Below, one piece after another: positions 40,982 to 54,009 of a DNA stretch of 64,000 nucleotides. Origin of the DNA: Geosiphon pyriformis uo1 (taxonomy: Eukaryota; Fungi; Glomeromycota); assembly GCA_016748015.1 (NCBI GenBank), contig JAAOMT010000436.1, positions 1,610,847 through 1,674,846 of the forward strand, written 5' to 3'. Within the stretch, counting starts at the first letter, position 1; each line of letters starts with the position of its first letter. The position numbers were made by a program, and so were the translations under genes. The notes under the pieces are model-generated. The model was given only the letters and a program-made list of their open reading frames with translations, was not told where the DNA came from and made no database searches.

Positions 40982-42336
40982 CAGGGGGGTATAAAAAGTA
41001 TTGGACACTTAATATAATATATAAAAAAGGCTATATATAGTAATACCATTACCAATTTAAGTCATAATTTTTTTTATAATTACTTATAGTTATAATCTAC
41101 AAATCAACATAAATCGCGTCCTTGTAAAACACAACAGTGGATCATACGCGTATATATAAAATATCAAACATTCTTGTCATGAAAAAATTTACCACATCAA
41201 ATATGTCTTGGAAAAGAACTTTCTGAATACCAAAAAAGAGGAATTATTTCAGCAATAAAGTTAGGACATACAAACAGTAAGATTTCCACGACTATTGGAT
41301 GTTCACGTTCTTCTGTAATATGTGTATGGAAGTCATACGAGCTAAAAAAACTTCCTAAAAAACGAACGGGCCGACCACAAATTCTTGACAAACGCGCACG
41401 TGAACAACTCAAATATTCAATAATGGAGAATAAAAAAACCTGCCGCCAAACTCTTTCTCAAATACGATTGAATTTTATTAAAGATACCAACAAATCTATT
41501 TCTATACAAACTATTTAAAATGGATTAGCTCAAGAAGGACTTCGCTCGTGCATTCCTTGTCTCAAGCCATTAATTTCCAAATCAAATAAAGAAAAACATT
41601 TACAATGGGCTCGTACTTATGAAAATTGGACAGTAGAAGATTTTAAACGAATTGTTTGGTCAGATGAATCTACATATACACAATTTAGAACTACAGGATT
41701 TGGATGTGTATGACGTAAACCTTCCAAAGAGTTTCATAAGGATTGTATTGCAGCCACAGTTAGAAAAAGCTTTGGTCGCATGTTTTGGGGATGTTTTTCA
41801 TGGGTTGGTTTGGGTCCTTTAGTTCCTTTGGTTGGTCATATTACTGGAGTTATACACCGCGAAACCTTGGCTAATTATACAATTCCTATGGTAAAACTTC
41901 ATGCAAATAAAACTAAAAAAAAGTTTTTTTTTCAGGAAGACAATGCACCAATTTACACATCAAAAGTTGTGCGTTCTTTTCTTACCTCTTCAAATGTTGA
42001 ATTACTTCCTTGGCCAGCACAAAGTTCTGATATTACTCCAATAGAAAATCTTTGATCATATATTGAAGTTAAAATTCGTCAACGTAATTCACAACCCTCA
42101 AATATTGTACAATTGGAACGGTGGGTTAAGGAAGAATGGGATGCGATACCTGTAAATTACTATCATAATTTGATCAAGTCTATGCCACATTGAGTTCAAG
42201 TTATTCTTGAAGCAAATGGGGGTCAAACAAAATACTAACATGTATTTTAATATAATAATAAAAAATTAATGAATTATAAGTTAGTTCTTTTATATAACAT
42301 ATTATAAAAGTGTCCAATACTTTTTATACCCCCCTG
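40982..42336 (+). mobile_element. Full-length Tc1/mariner DNA transposon (1355 bp), transposase inactivated
   Basis: Perfect 29-bp TIRs CAGGGGGGTATAAAAAGTATTGGACACTT (40982-41010 / 42308-42336) flanked by TA on both sides. Confidence 0.95.
41203..42238 (+). pseudogene. Tc1-family DD34E transposase pseudogene
   Basis: Motifs GKELSEYQK, TGRP, WSDES, MFWGCFS, FQEDNAP-(34 aa)-PIENL, NGGQTKY*. One early frameshift and four in-frame stops. Confidence 0.93.
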
Positions 42337-45300
42337 TATATATATAATAGTGTTGGTATTAAGATATATTGAATGAAAAATCTTTCAGGATTTGTTTTTA
42401 AAAACAATTTTGCAATTACTTTTCACCAAGGAGTTTTAATGCATAATTAAGAAAAATATAAAATATAAAAAAATTAATTAATTTATTATGACTTCTAATG
42501 TAAATTTATTTAAGTTGTTAAAAAATTTTAACTTTTTCAGTTGATATAAATATAAATAAATTTGAATAATTTAAAAATTTTGATTCACACATGAAATAAT
42601 AATATTTTTCATGAATTTTCTGAAAAATCTAGTTAAAAAACTTAAATAAAACTTCTTATAAATACACTACTTTTTATTTGTTTTTGATTCTAATTAACTT
42701 TTCAATGGTTTTATAAATTTTCAAATGTTATCAAGTATTCTATAGCATTTTTAGGCCTTTTAACAAGGCCAAAATATGTTAAAATTTGTAAATCGAGTTT
42801 AAAAGTTTGAGTTTATAAAAGAAATTATCAAATAAAAAATGTTCATTTCACAACTAAATTGATCTAAAAAATATATATATAAATAAAAATATATTGCATT
42901 TTAAAAAAAATTAAACAATAAATTAAATATAATCTGAAAAATAATTTCTTTTTATTTCTGTTTCTTTTTTTTTCAGAAATAATGAAAATTTTCAAGTTGT
43001 TCTTGCTTCAAATAATATCATTGAATATTGAAAATTAAAAATCGAAAATTCAAATAATATTAAAATCAAACTGCTTTTGTATTAAAATATTTTTCAATAG
43101 ATTACTTAGCATGCAATGAAATAAAATAAAAAGTTTTTACTATACATATATTGCTTTTTTTGAATCAATAATTTTTGAAAAGGTTTGCTCTTCATAAATT
43201 ATCAGACGCCTAAAAATCAAAAAATAATAAATTCAATAAATTAAGAAAATTAAAATTGTTTGTTGGAATCTTGAATTAATTGTTGAAATATAATAATTAT
43301 GGCAATTTCTTAAGCAATAGTAATTATAAAATAATTTAACCAAACAAAAATATTTGTATTCGTTTTAAACTTTTTGCTTTGGTTTGATCATAAAAGATGA
43401 AATTGTTTTTAATTCTTGGTGTCAATATCTAATTTAAAATACTTAAAAAAATTATTATTGCTTAAATACAGGATTTTATTTTAAGCACTAATTTTAAAAT
43501 TATTTAGGGTTAGATTCTAAATATATTACACAAAATTTAAAATCAGACAAATAAAAAATGCATATAAACAAAGTTGCCATATTAATTTTTTAAGATTCGT
43601 ATTTCTTGAGTAACTTTTTATACAAATTTTTATTTTAAAATACTCATTATCTAAAAAAATATTTTGTTAATATTAATAAAATACTATTTCTTAAAATTAC
43701 AATAATTATTATTATAACAAATATTTTTTATTTTCAAATTCATTAATAAAGCTAAATAATATGTTATATAATTGAATCTTGCTTATTTTTACAATTATTT
43801 TTGACACAATTGCATAATTATCACATTATTAGATATATTATATAAAATTTTAAACTTAACATATATTAAAATTTTATCAATATTATCTGTATAATCACAT
43901 TACAGTATGTATAACATTTATTATAGTATAAATCTAATTTGGAGATATATTAAAGCGGAATAATTGTATATTATATTTGCAGATTATAAAAACTAATTGT
44001 ATGAATAAAGATTAAATGTTGTGCTTTAAATAAATTTTCAATTGCATTTATTGAATTTGCCATTAACATTAAAAATATAACAATATTAGAAAGAATTAAT
44101 TATCAATTTTATTTTTTAAAATTCAGATAATAAGTAACACTTTCAAATTAGTTTTATAATATTATTTCATTTCTTTCTTTCTTCATTTTATATCACTAGT
44201 AAATTTAATGTTTCCTTTAAATTTTTTATTTTTATCTATTTAAAAACTAATACTCAATTAATATATATTATATTCAGAAAAAATAAAAATTTGTTAACGT
44301 TTAAGCTATACAAAAAAAAGTTTTAAGATTAATCAAAATACGATATTCAGAATTTCTAAGCAAAAAATAATAATTATGTAGAAAAACCTTTTAACCAAGC
44401 AAAAGCAATTAGATTAAACAGGTATCACAAAAAATAATGTTAAATATATTTATATGCACCTTTTACTTTTTTTCCATGACAGTTTTTTTATTGTGTGTTT
44501 CTTCAATTTGATTATAACTTTATACAATAAATATTATTGCAAATGTAATATACACTCATACTTAATTGACTAACATTAATAAAAAAAATTAAATTACATG
44601 AAAACTATAAACACTGTATAAATAAGAAAAAATAAAATATGATTTTATAATAATATAATGATTATTTTTAAATATAAAAAAACTACAATAATTAAAATTT
44701 AACACAAGTGTTTAATAAATAACAAAAAAAGACTTAACAAAATTACTAAAATATAATAAAATCTTTACATATAATGAAATATAACCTAAAAATATTTTTT
44801 TCTGTATTAGAAAATAATACAATTGCACAAATGTATTTACAATCGATAACAAGTAATTCTTTTGATAAAACAAATCAAAAATTTAATGTTGAGTGTTTAT
44901 CACTCACTTTTAAAATAATTTTTTTAAAGTATTTGTAAAAAAAGTCAGAAAAAAATTTAAAAAAAATGATATGCTAAATTAGTCAACAAATAATTCTAAA
45001 ATAAATTTTATAAATAATATTTGGAGGTGAAAAACATTAAATATTTCAAATGAATTTAAATAGCTTTAAAAATTTAGCAAATTCAATAACATAAGAAATC
45101 AATACAATATTAAAATTTAATAAAGTATTAGTAAAATAAAAAAATAACTTATTTTATCAAATTATTTGAAAAAAGATTTTGTAATTCAAAATTACAACAG
45201 ATTTTTGCAAATCTCAAATTCATGTAAAATTTTATTGAGTTTTTTACATTTTTAAAAAAAGTTAAAAAACAATGCAATAATTTATCAATTACAAAATATT

Positions 45301-45822
45301 TTGAATGTTAATAAAAATAGTTTTTATTATATAAAATTTCAACTTTGTACAAATAATATTAAGAATATTTAAAAATTATGCTTTCATTTATTAAAAATTT
45401 TTATAGTTTATATGTATTTTATGATCTAAATATTATTTTTTATATTTAACTTTTTATTATAATTTTAATAAAAAACATAATTAATAAAAACTGCAAAAAT
45501 TTTCTAATATCATATTTAACAATTTTTACATAAAATTTTTGTGATCAAATTCAGGATATTTTATTATTAATAATTTTACAAAAAAAACGATAGATTTTCA
45601 AATTATTTGACTTTAATATAAAATTAAGAAAAAAGCAAATATATTAAACATTTTTGTTAAATCTTATTTATTTGTGCTATTTATTTAATTTTAATTCCAA
45701 ATTTATGTAAAGTATAAGCAATAATTTTTAATATAATAAAATATTTTTTATTTTTTTTATTTTATAATAGCAATATTTCTAATTAAGTTAATTTTTTGTT
45801 TAGCTTAAAAATACATATAATA

Positions 45823-45861
<39 letters not shown>

Positions 45862-46712
45862 GAATATTAAAAATAATAATATTAATAAAAATAAATTACA
45901 ACGATTAAATATTAATATTAAATTTATACATTTATTACAACTAAAAATGTTTTGAAATAGTTAAAATATGGCTATTTAATTTTAACACAATTATTTTAGT
46001 CCTTTGCTAATAAAAGAATAATTAAATATTTTATCACAAAAGTTTACTCAATTAATTAATAAAAATACAACTTCATATTTTTATGGTTTTTTTAACGCTA
46101 AATTTTAATTTTTATATTTATGTCAACACTTAAAAAAATTTGTTAATTTCAAAGTTGAATAATTAATAATAAAATTTTGATAACTGTTTTTAATGATCAG
46201 GTCAGTCAATAACCAAGTCAATGACTAAGGTGGCTGACTAATGACATCAGTGGCTAATACATGTGACTAACTATGGCTAAGTAAATAAGGAGTAAAAGTT
46301 TCAACCGTAACAATATCTTAATAATTCCAATGAAATATTAGTATTGAAACAATTATTTTTCCCTTCTGATTAAAAATTATTATTGAATTCCAAAAATTGA
46401 TAAGCCCAAAACCCAAAACTCAAAATTAATAGAAAATTAAAATTAATCTCTGGTAGATTAATATTCAGGGAATTTAGAATTTTAAATATTAGAGCCCAGT
46501 TTCAAACTCCCATTTAGACTGAAATTTAATTATTCAAAAATGACAACTTGCAAAACTAATAGAAAATTAAGGAAATTAAAAGCAAATTTCATACTTTGAT
46601 AATTCAAAATTATAATTATTAGCAAAATTTTCTTTTTGTTTTTAATGTAAGGTGTTTAATAAGAATTGCTTTATTGTTAACCCTCTATATTCATTTTATT
46701 GAATAATTGATG

Positions 46713-48048
46713 TCAACTGCTTTCAACAGTTTTATCGTTTCGATCTTTCTTGCAACTACCCATCTTTATTCCAAATAAGGGCCGTGATTGAAGAAAATTT
46801 TTGGTCTATTTGTCAATGGTTGCCCTGCATTGCATTCCTAAAAGATATTTTCAATTAAAGGTTATATAAAATCTTACTAACGAGATAAAAAATTAAAACT
46901 AACCAAATTTTCTTCATTAATTGCTCCTTCAATCCATCTTTGTTGTTGATCCTCCGGGATAGAAGAACTATTACAATTCCAATATAAATCTTCATAATTG
47001 GAAGAATCACAATTACTAGATAACCCAATCCAAGTTTCAATACCAAAATGCTTCCATCCCATTGAAGCCGGAGGAAAGTGTGGGACATGATCATTTCCGT
47101 GGGTGATACGGTGATGGTTAACCAATGAGTTTATCAAATCACTGAATTGGCTGGTTCCAACTCTAGAAGCTCCAAAGTAATAGTGGTATGTCCCATTTAA
47201 TGAAGATTAATCTCTGGCCAAAGATTATGATGTATAATTCTACTTTTTTCGAACCCCCACAGAATGCTAATAATTAATGCACATGCTAATATTTTCAAAA
47301 GCTAAAATTTGAGAATTATTTTTTTGAAAGGATAGGAGCAAAAAATGACATTGATCCAACCTTCACCAACAACATGCCCAACGAAAAAAATGTCTTTGAT
47401 ATTGGGGTTGATACTCAAAACAGTGTGTATATCATGAGCAGATCTCTAAAAAATGTAACTGAAGCCTTCACTATCCTTTGTTAAAATCTATTTTTCTTAA
47501 AAATTGAAAACAATTACTTGCACTACAAAAGAAATAACCAAACCTTTATAACCAGAAGATGACTCAAGCCATGAAAATTGTGCTGAAAAAGCAAGATTCT
47601 CAAAAATGTATTTTTAGAAATAAATTCAAATATTTTAAAAGTTTTATCTTTAAAGCATTTACGTGGTTCAGGGCCAGGTGAAACAGTTTCATCGCGGCCC
47701 AAGCAATAACCAGTATTTACGAGAAATGCAAGCTTTTGATAAAGCAGTAAATATTCTATGCCAGGTTTTATTCGCCTTTTGGTATGCAATGGTGAACGCT
47801 TTGTAATTTGATTTTTTTGTAAAGGAACTTTAAATTGATTTCTCCAAATCGATAGGATAGGAAAAGTATGGTTTATATCCTTTTTTTGTAGAAACTAAGA
47901 ACCTTTGAATATCTTGAAAGCATATGCTACTTTTCAAATTTTTGTGTGCTAAAAAGTAAAATCCTAATGAGATAAATATTGAGATAACTGTTGCTTATTT
48001 TTTCGAAATATAAAATTTTTTTGTAAGTAGATTTGTAAAAAAACCCAT
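46713..48048 (-). pseudogene. Class-3 lipase-like pseudogene of the 5-exon subfamily (GHVVGE)
   Basis: Homologous to 49131-50576 and 8290-9791 (NQFKVPL, ITKRS, RITHGNDHVPHFP, HFGIETW). Has in-frame stops, frameshifts at the TFGA and GPYFG motifs, a partly deleted lid exon and His to Asn. Confidence 0.85.
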
Positions 48049-49130
48049 AATATTATATTTTTTTCAATACAAATCTCTAACAAATAAATAGATATAGGTC
48101 TTGACTGATTTTGTAAAAAACAATTTTCAAAATTGACAGGACAAGAAAAATTACAATTCATTCTACTGATATGGATCATCTCAGGCCATATCTTACAATA
48201 TTGAGACCTTGGAGATAAGTCAATTTACAAACAATGAAGTAACAATGGCAGCGAAGAAAAAGATTTGGAGTAATTCTATAGATTTCACCAGGTGTTTTAA
48301 GAAGAAAAAGGTTACTATGGCTGGTAATATTCATGTAATGAATATTCTAAATGTTAAATGGATTCCTTCTTGCTCCTATGGTTGCAAATATATTTTAAAT
48401 TTATAAGTCGTCAATCTTTCAAAAACATTCTAGAAAATATTGTTCCTTTTTTATTAGTTTTAAATTTTGATCTTTGCATTAAAATATTTCTTTAGTATCT
48501 TGGATTATTTTGGATAAAAAATTATTGTCCCATTTCGCCATATATTAAAATATTTGAATAGTTTAAACGGTTGTTTTAATTGAAAAAGTCTTTTTTTCAA
48601 TTCCTAGGTGAATCGAAATTTCTCATTTTTGAAAAGGAACTTGACATTTTATATGCAAAGTTTTAATGTTTCTCTTCACAATAGATATATTTTTTCTATA
48701 ATAAAAGAAACATCAAATAAATATTCTTGGTTTTTATTAATTGCAAGCAAAAAATTGTAATTGATAAAAATTTTAACAAATATTGGATATCCAATTTGAA
48801 ATATTGAGATACTAAAAGTTTGATGAATTCAAAGGTTAATTCATAGTGCTCGTGGAGATTTCTTGGCAAATTTTTCATTTTAATAATACATAAAACAACC
48901 TATTATATGTTATGTTTAAAAAAGCTTCATTGAATGCTAGCATAAAGTATTTATATAATAGTTTAAGAAAAATAATTAGATTCAGTTATTTTTTCTATTT
49001 TTCCAAAACTTGAATGTTTAAATTTTATGAAAAATTTATAAAGAATCCCTTGAAAATGATAATTTTTATTTCTTAAAGGATATTATGAATACTTTTTTTA
49101 AAAACTTTTTTTATTTTCAATTTTACAAAA

Positions 49131-50576
49131 TCAAAAATTCAAAAGATTTTTACTACTACAATCACCCATTTTAACATTGAAATAAGGACCATCATGGAAG
49201 AAATTATTCGAAACATTGCCGATTGATTGTCCTGCATTGCACTCCTAAAGAGAAGTTTTTTTTTTAAAATCTATTCTGTTTGAAAGTCATTTCTTTTTTT
49301 TTAAAAAAAAAACTTACCATATTCTCACTGGCAAATCCCTTAAGCCATTTTGTTCTTTGTGTGGTTTCAAGCACCCAATTATTACAATCCCATAATGAAT
49401 ATGTATCATCAGGACAATCGCAATTTTTCGATGGCTCAATCCAAATTTCAAAACCAAAATGTTTTCGTCCTTTTGAAGCCAGAGGAAAGTGTGGGACATA
49501 ATCATTCCCATGGGTGATGCGATGATGTGTAATTAACCTGTTTGCCATTTCACTGAATTGGATATTTCCAATTCTCGGAGCTCCAAATGTGACAACTTGT
49601 TCTCCCATTTCGCTCAAATTTACATCAGGCCAAAGATTTAAAGTATTAATTTTATATTTTTCATAACACCATCTAATGCCAGCGATTGCAGCGTATGCTG
49701 GCATATTAGAGAAAGATAATAATAATTCAGATTTTTTTTTTATTAACTAAAAAACAAAATGATATTATTTTCCAAACCTCCACCAAGAGCATGACCAACG
49801 AAAAAAATGTAAGTCATATCAGAATTATTTTTTAAATATGTTCGTATATTTTCTAATATTCTCGGAAGGGCAGATTCGATAGTTTTCGAGAATTGTTTAA
49901 TAACACGAGCTTGACGGTAGTATACTGGAAAGCCTTCCACTCGAAATGTCACTTGTCTATCATTCAATTGCGGCCACCACATTTTTGTTAATTTCTAAAA
50001 AGGAAATAAATATATTAATTTGATGGATTATTGAAATATATTTCAGGAAATTAGAAATAATTACTGGTCCTGCAAAGTACACGATCAAAGCCTTCAAACC
50101 TTCTTCTGCTCTTCCGTTACTTATGAATTTGACTAAAGGAGAAAAAAATAATTTTACATCAAATTAATCTAAATCACTTATTTTTATTTGAAAAATTATC
50201 AACCATTTATGGGTCCCTTAAATGAAGGACAATACGCATCACTTGCTAAAACTGCCAACTGTTCATAAAGCGGTAATAAATTTGCGACTGGTTCCATTAA
50301 TTTTTTAGCACGTGATTTAGCTCGTTTTGTGATTCGATTGAATTGTAAAGGAACTTTGATTTGATTTTTCCAATCAACTACAACAATTGGGAAACTGTGA
50401 TTTACATCCTGTTTGTGGAACTTTTGAAGTTTTTGAATTTTTTGAGAATTTTTCCAGCATTTAGAATTTTCATGCACCCAAAAGTGAAATGCGAAGGATA
50501 TAAAAATTGAAAAAATAATTTTATTTCCCCATAAAAATTTGAATTTTCTTATACCAAGATCTATAAAAGAATTCAT
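49131..50576 (-). CDS. Class-3 lipase-like protein with Ala at the nucleophile position (GHALG), 5 exons (50576-50204, 50132-50065, 49994-49778, 49697-49318, 49244-49131), ~383 aa
   Basis: Open 1152-nt spliced CDS. Hydrophobic N-terminus and ITKRA site. Motifs ASDAYC, VGHALGG, TFGAPRIGN, RITHGNDYVP, HDGPYF. Confidence 0.87.
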
Positions 50577-51928
50577 TATCTTCTTTTAATGATATAAAGT
50601 TTATTTGAGCTTGTTTATATAAATGTGTTTCATTATCGGAACTAAAGCTTATCAAAGTTTTATTATAAAACCTGTACATTGTTTACTTTAATGGGAAAAA
50701 TACATTCAGCCTTTGTTATTTTATTATTCATCAAATGTCGATATAAAAATGGGAGAGTTTCATAACAAAATTTAAATTTTGTTATCAAATTTTAGTGGTC
50801 AGTAGGTTTTACCATGATCGATAAAAAAATGTTTATTAGACTGAAAAAAAAGGAAAATAACTTGCATCTAAAAACATTCTAAAATTTTCAGTTTTAATCT
50901 CAGTTTACCATTATGAAAATTTATTTTTTATGACTGTGTTTTCAAAAATTATAATAATGTAATAATTATTAGTTGTAATATTGAAAAAAATATCCATCAT
51001 ATAGAAGCCAATTATATTTTATTGGTTTTAGCAATAATACACACAATTATTTAATGATTCAATACAAGTTTTAAAATTATCTGTGGAAATGTTATATCTT
51101 CATAAGTCATCAAATGAGATATATGCTGGTGTTTCTTCTGTTTTTGAAACCAAAAAAGCAAAATAATCATTCAAAAATTATTTAGAAGAAATTTAGCGAA
51201 AAAAGAAATCTACTATAAATGGCATTATTTATTTTATTACAAATTCTAAAAAGTCTAGTTAAAACTTTTAAAATGAAATTTAATTTTTAGGAGCTTCGAT
51301 ATTCATAAACGAATTTTAAAATATCAAAAGGTTTTCCTCAATTTTATAATTAAGTTCTTGAAATATTTAATCTTTAGAGAAATTTTAAAACTAGAATTAT
51401 TATATTTATTTAAAAATTACAAAAAAAATTGATAAAATTTTTGATTTTTTTATGAATAAATAAACAAATAAGTAAAAGAATTTAATTCTTTTAATAATAA
51501 CATTTGGTTTCATTAAACAAATAAAACTATAAATTAAAAAATAAATGATTTTTCATACATTTTAACTTACAAAATTAGACTGATATTTTGATAAAGATTT
51601 TCTAAGTTGAAAAATTAAATGATATTTTGAGATCAAAAAACAATTTTTTAATATAATATTTAACCTGTTTATGGTTTACTTAATATAAGACTTTTTCATA
51701 ATTTGTATATATAATGAAACAAAAATGTAATTTTATAATTGATAACATGTGTTTTCATTATATATATAATATATTTATATAATTATTAACATATTTTTAA
51801 ACACTTTATATTATTATTCAATACATGTCAAAAGCATTAATGCAAAAATATTTTTGCAATTTTATAAATTTACCATTTTATTAAGTCAAACATTATATCT
51901 CATAAAATTTTTAGCATCTATTTTTTTG

Positions 51929-51932
<4 letters not shown>

Positions 51933-51962
<30 letters not shown>

Positions 51963-52024
51963 TGTATGTATGTATGTATGTATGTATGTATGTATGTATG
52001 TTTGTTTGTTTGTTTGTTTGTTTG
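51933..52024. repeat. Compound microsatellite (TATG)n(TTTG)n
   Basis: Direct reading; explains the MYVC-repeat ORFs. Confidence 0.97.
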
Positions 52025-54009
52025 TACATTCCTATTTCAAAAAATTAATTATGAGCTTTTTTTTGGATTATCGGATTACCGAGAAAATTTTATTACAGCT
52101 GATCAACAATCTATCAACAGAAAATCATCCATCTTCAGTTTAAAAGAGTGTAGGAATGTCAAGGCTGAATATGATTCGAGAGTGCCAGGATCATACGTGT
52201 GTTTCAAATTAATGAATTAATAGGTCTTCTTTTTAGCATTAAAAATTTCAAAATTAATATTCTTGAATATATTTAAACAAAGAAAGAAAGAAATACATCA
52301 GATTTTGTTTCCTAAAAGTTTGTAGAGAATACACACATTTGGTTATTGTATATGCCATCTCAGTTACATTCCATTTCTCCCATTATCTTCATTTTTTATA
52401 ATTGAATTTTCTTTTAAATTGAAATGTACTTAAACTCCATCTTCAAAGCGGATCTAAATTTAAAATGGCAACTTTCATTCGTTCAAAAATTAGATACAAA
52501 TAAAGATTTTCCAAGTTGATGAATCTCACTAAATACGAATCAAGCTATAAGACGTTCAAATCTGAGTTTAAAGTGGTATTCGACTTTGACAATTTTCCTG
52601 GGGAAATGCTCATCGCTTCAAGTTTTGGAGTTGAAAATTTGCAATCGCGAACAAACTGAAGTGTATCAGCTCTTTGAAAATACTTTAATATCAGAATAAT
52701 ATTTGAATATTTCGATTCATTTTATTATAACAATCTAACTTTAATATTTTTTTAACAAAAACTTTAAAAAATAGGGTATGCGATTCGAGTAATGGGATTA
52801 ATTCTTAAGCCCAATTTAACTTATCAACATGTAATATTTTTGAGATTCTTAAAACAATTAAAGTTGTTTGTCAAGAGAAAAATTTCTTTTGAAAATTTAA
52901 AATATATCAATTTAGTGACTTTTATAATAGATTCAGTGTTAATATAATTTTACAATCCTTTTTTTGTGAGAACCAATTGACAATTTGTATCAACGGTATT
53001 TAAAATAGCATAAAAAAAATTTAACCAACTAAAAAGATTATCATAGTTAATTCCAATAAAACTCCTCCTTTATTATTTAATATTCACTTTTTATTACAAT
53101 TAGAAGATGATTTATAATATATAAAAGTTTTTTTTAAAAAAAACTATGGAAATAAAAATCTAAATAATTTTACACAATTAAAAAATTTTATATTGACTGT
53201 TTAATTAATTACAAAACATTTAGAAACACATAATTCAAAATATTTCTGTAATATATTATTTTTAATTTTAATATCAAACAAACAAAGTTAAACAATTTTT
53301 TATATTACAAGATTTTGTGAGAATTTTGAAAATTTGATCAATCTATGCCATTTATTCAGATAGTTCAGAAGAAAATGAAAATTTTTAAAATGTTTAGATG
53401 GAAGTTACTTCAACAGTGTAAATTTTCAATTATTCTTTCATTAAATCAAAATTTCTCGACTTAATTGATAATAAAAGCCTTTTCGGAATATAAATTTACT
53501 TCATTTTAGAAATAACTTTTTAATTTTGGCCTTGAAAAAAGCTGTATCATTCAATTTGCCGAGTGGACAAAAATAAAAATTGAACGAGACCTGCTAGTCA
53601 TAAGTTTTCCCGACTTTTTTAGAGTTTGTTCATAAAATATTTCACTTCTAAAGTTTGAATTGTTGCCAAAAAACTATGTATAATGCCTATTTATATTCCT
53701 TGTTGTACCATTTTATTTCACATATTTATTCACATGACAGATATCAGTTTGTAATTTCACATGCTTTAAGTCAAATATCTGAATTTCAATATATAATTTC
53801 TTTATTTTGTTGGAGAGATGACAGATATATTCAAAAATTATTATTAAAAATGAGGGCCTTGGTCTGATTTAATGGAAGAATTCTCTCTCAATGGTCAAAT
53901 AGAAACCCAGAAATTAGTTTAGCTACTATTGAAAGAAAGATGTGAATCATTAAAAATATCAAAGTAATGTTAAAAAAACTGCTTCAATATGGCAATTCCA
54001 GCTATTCAA

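Noticed and set aside
51854-52220. MYVC-repeat ORFs
   Set aside because: Artefact of the (TATG)n(TTTG)n microsatellite.
52050-52700. Moderately GC-rich segment that might be a coding relic
   Set aside because: Frames examined are broken and no recognisable motif was found.
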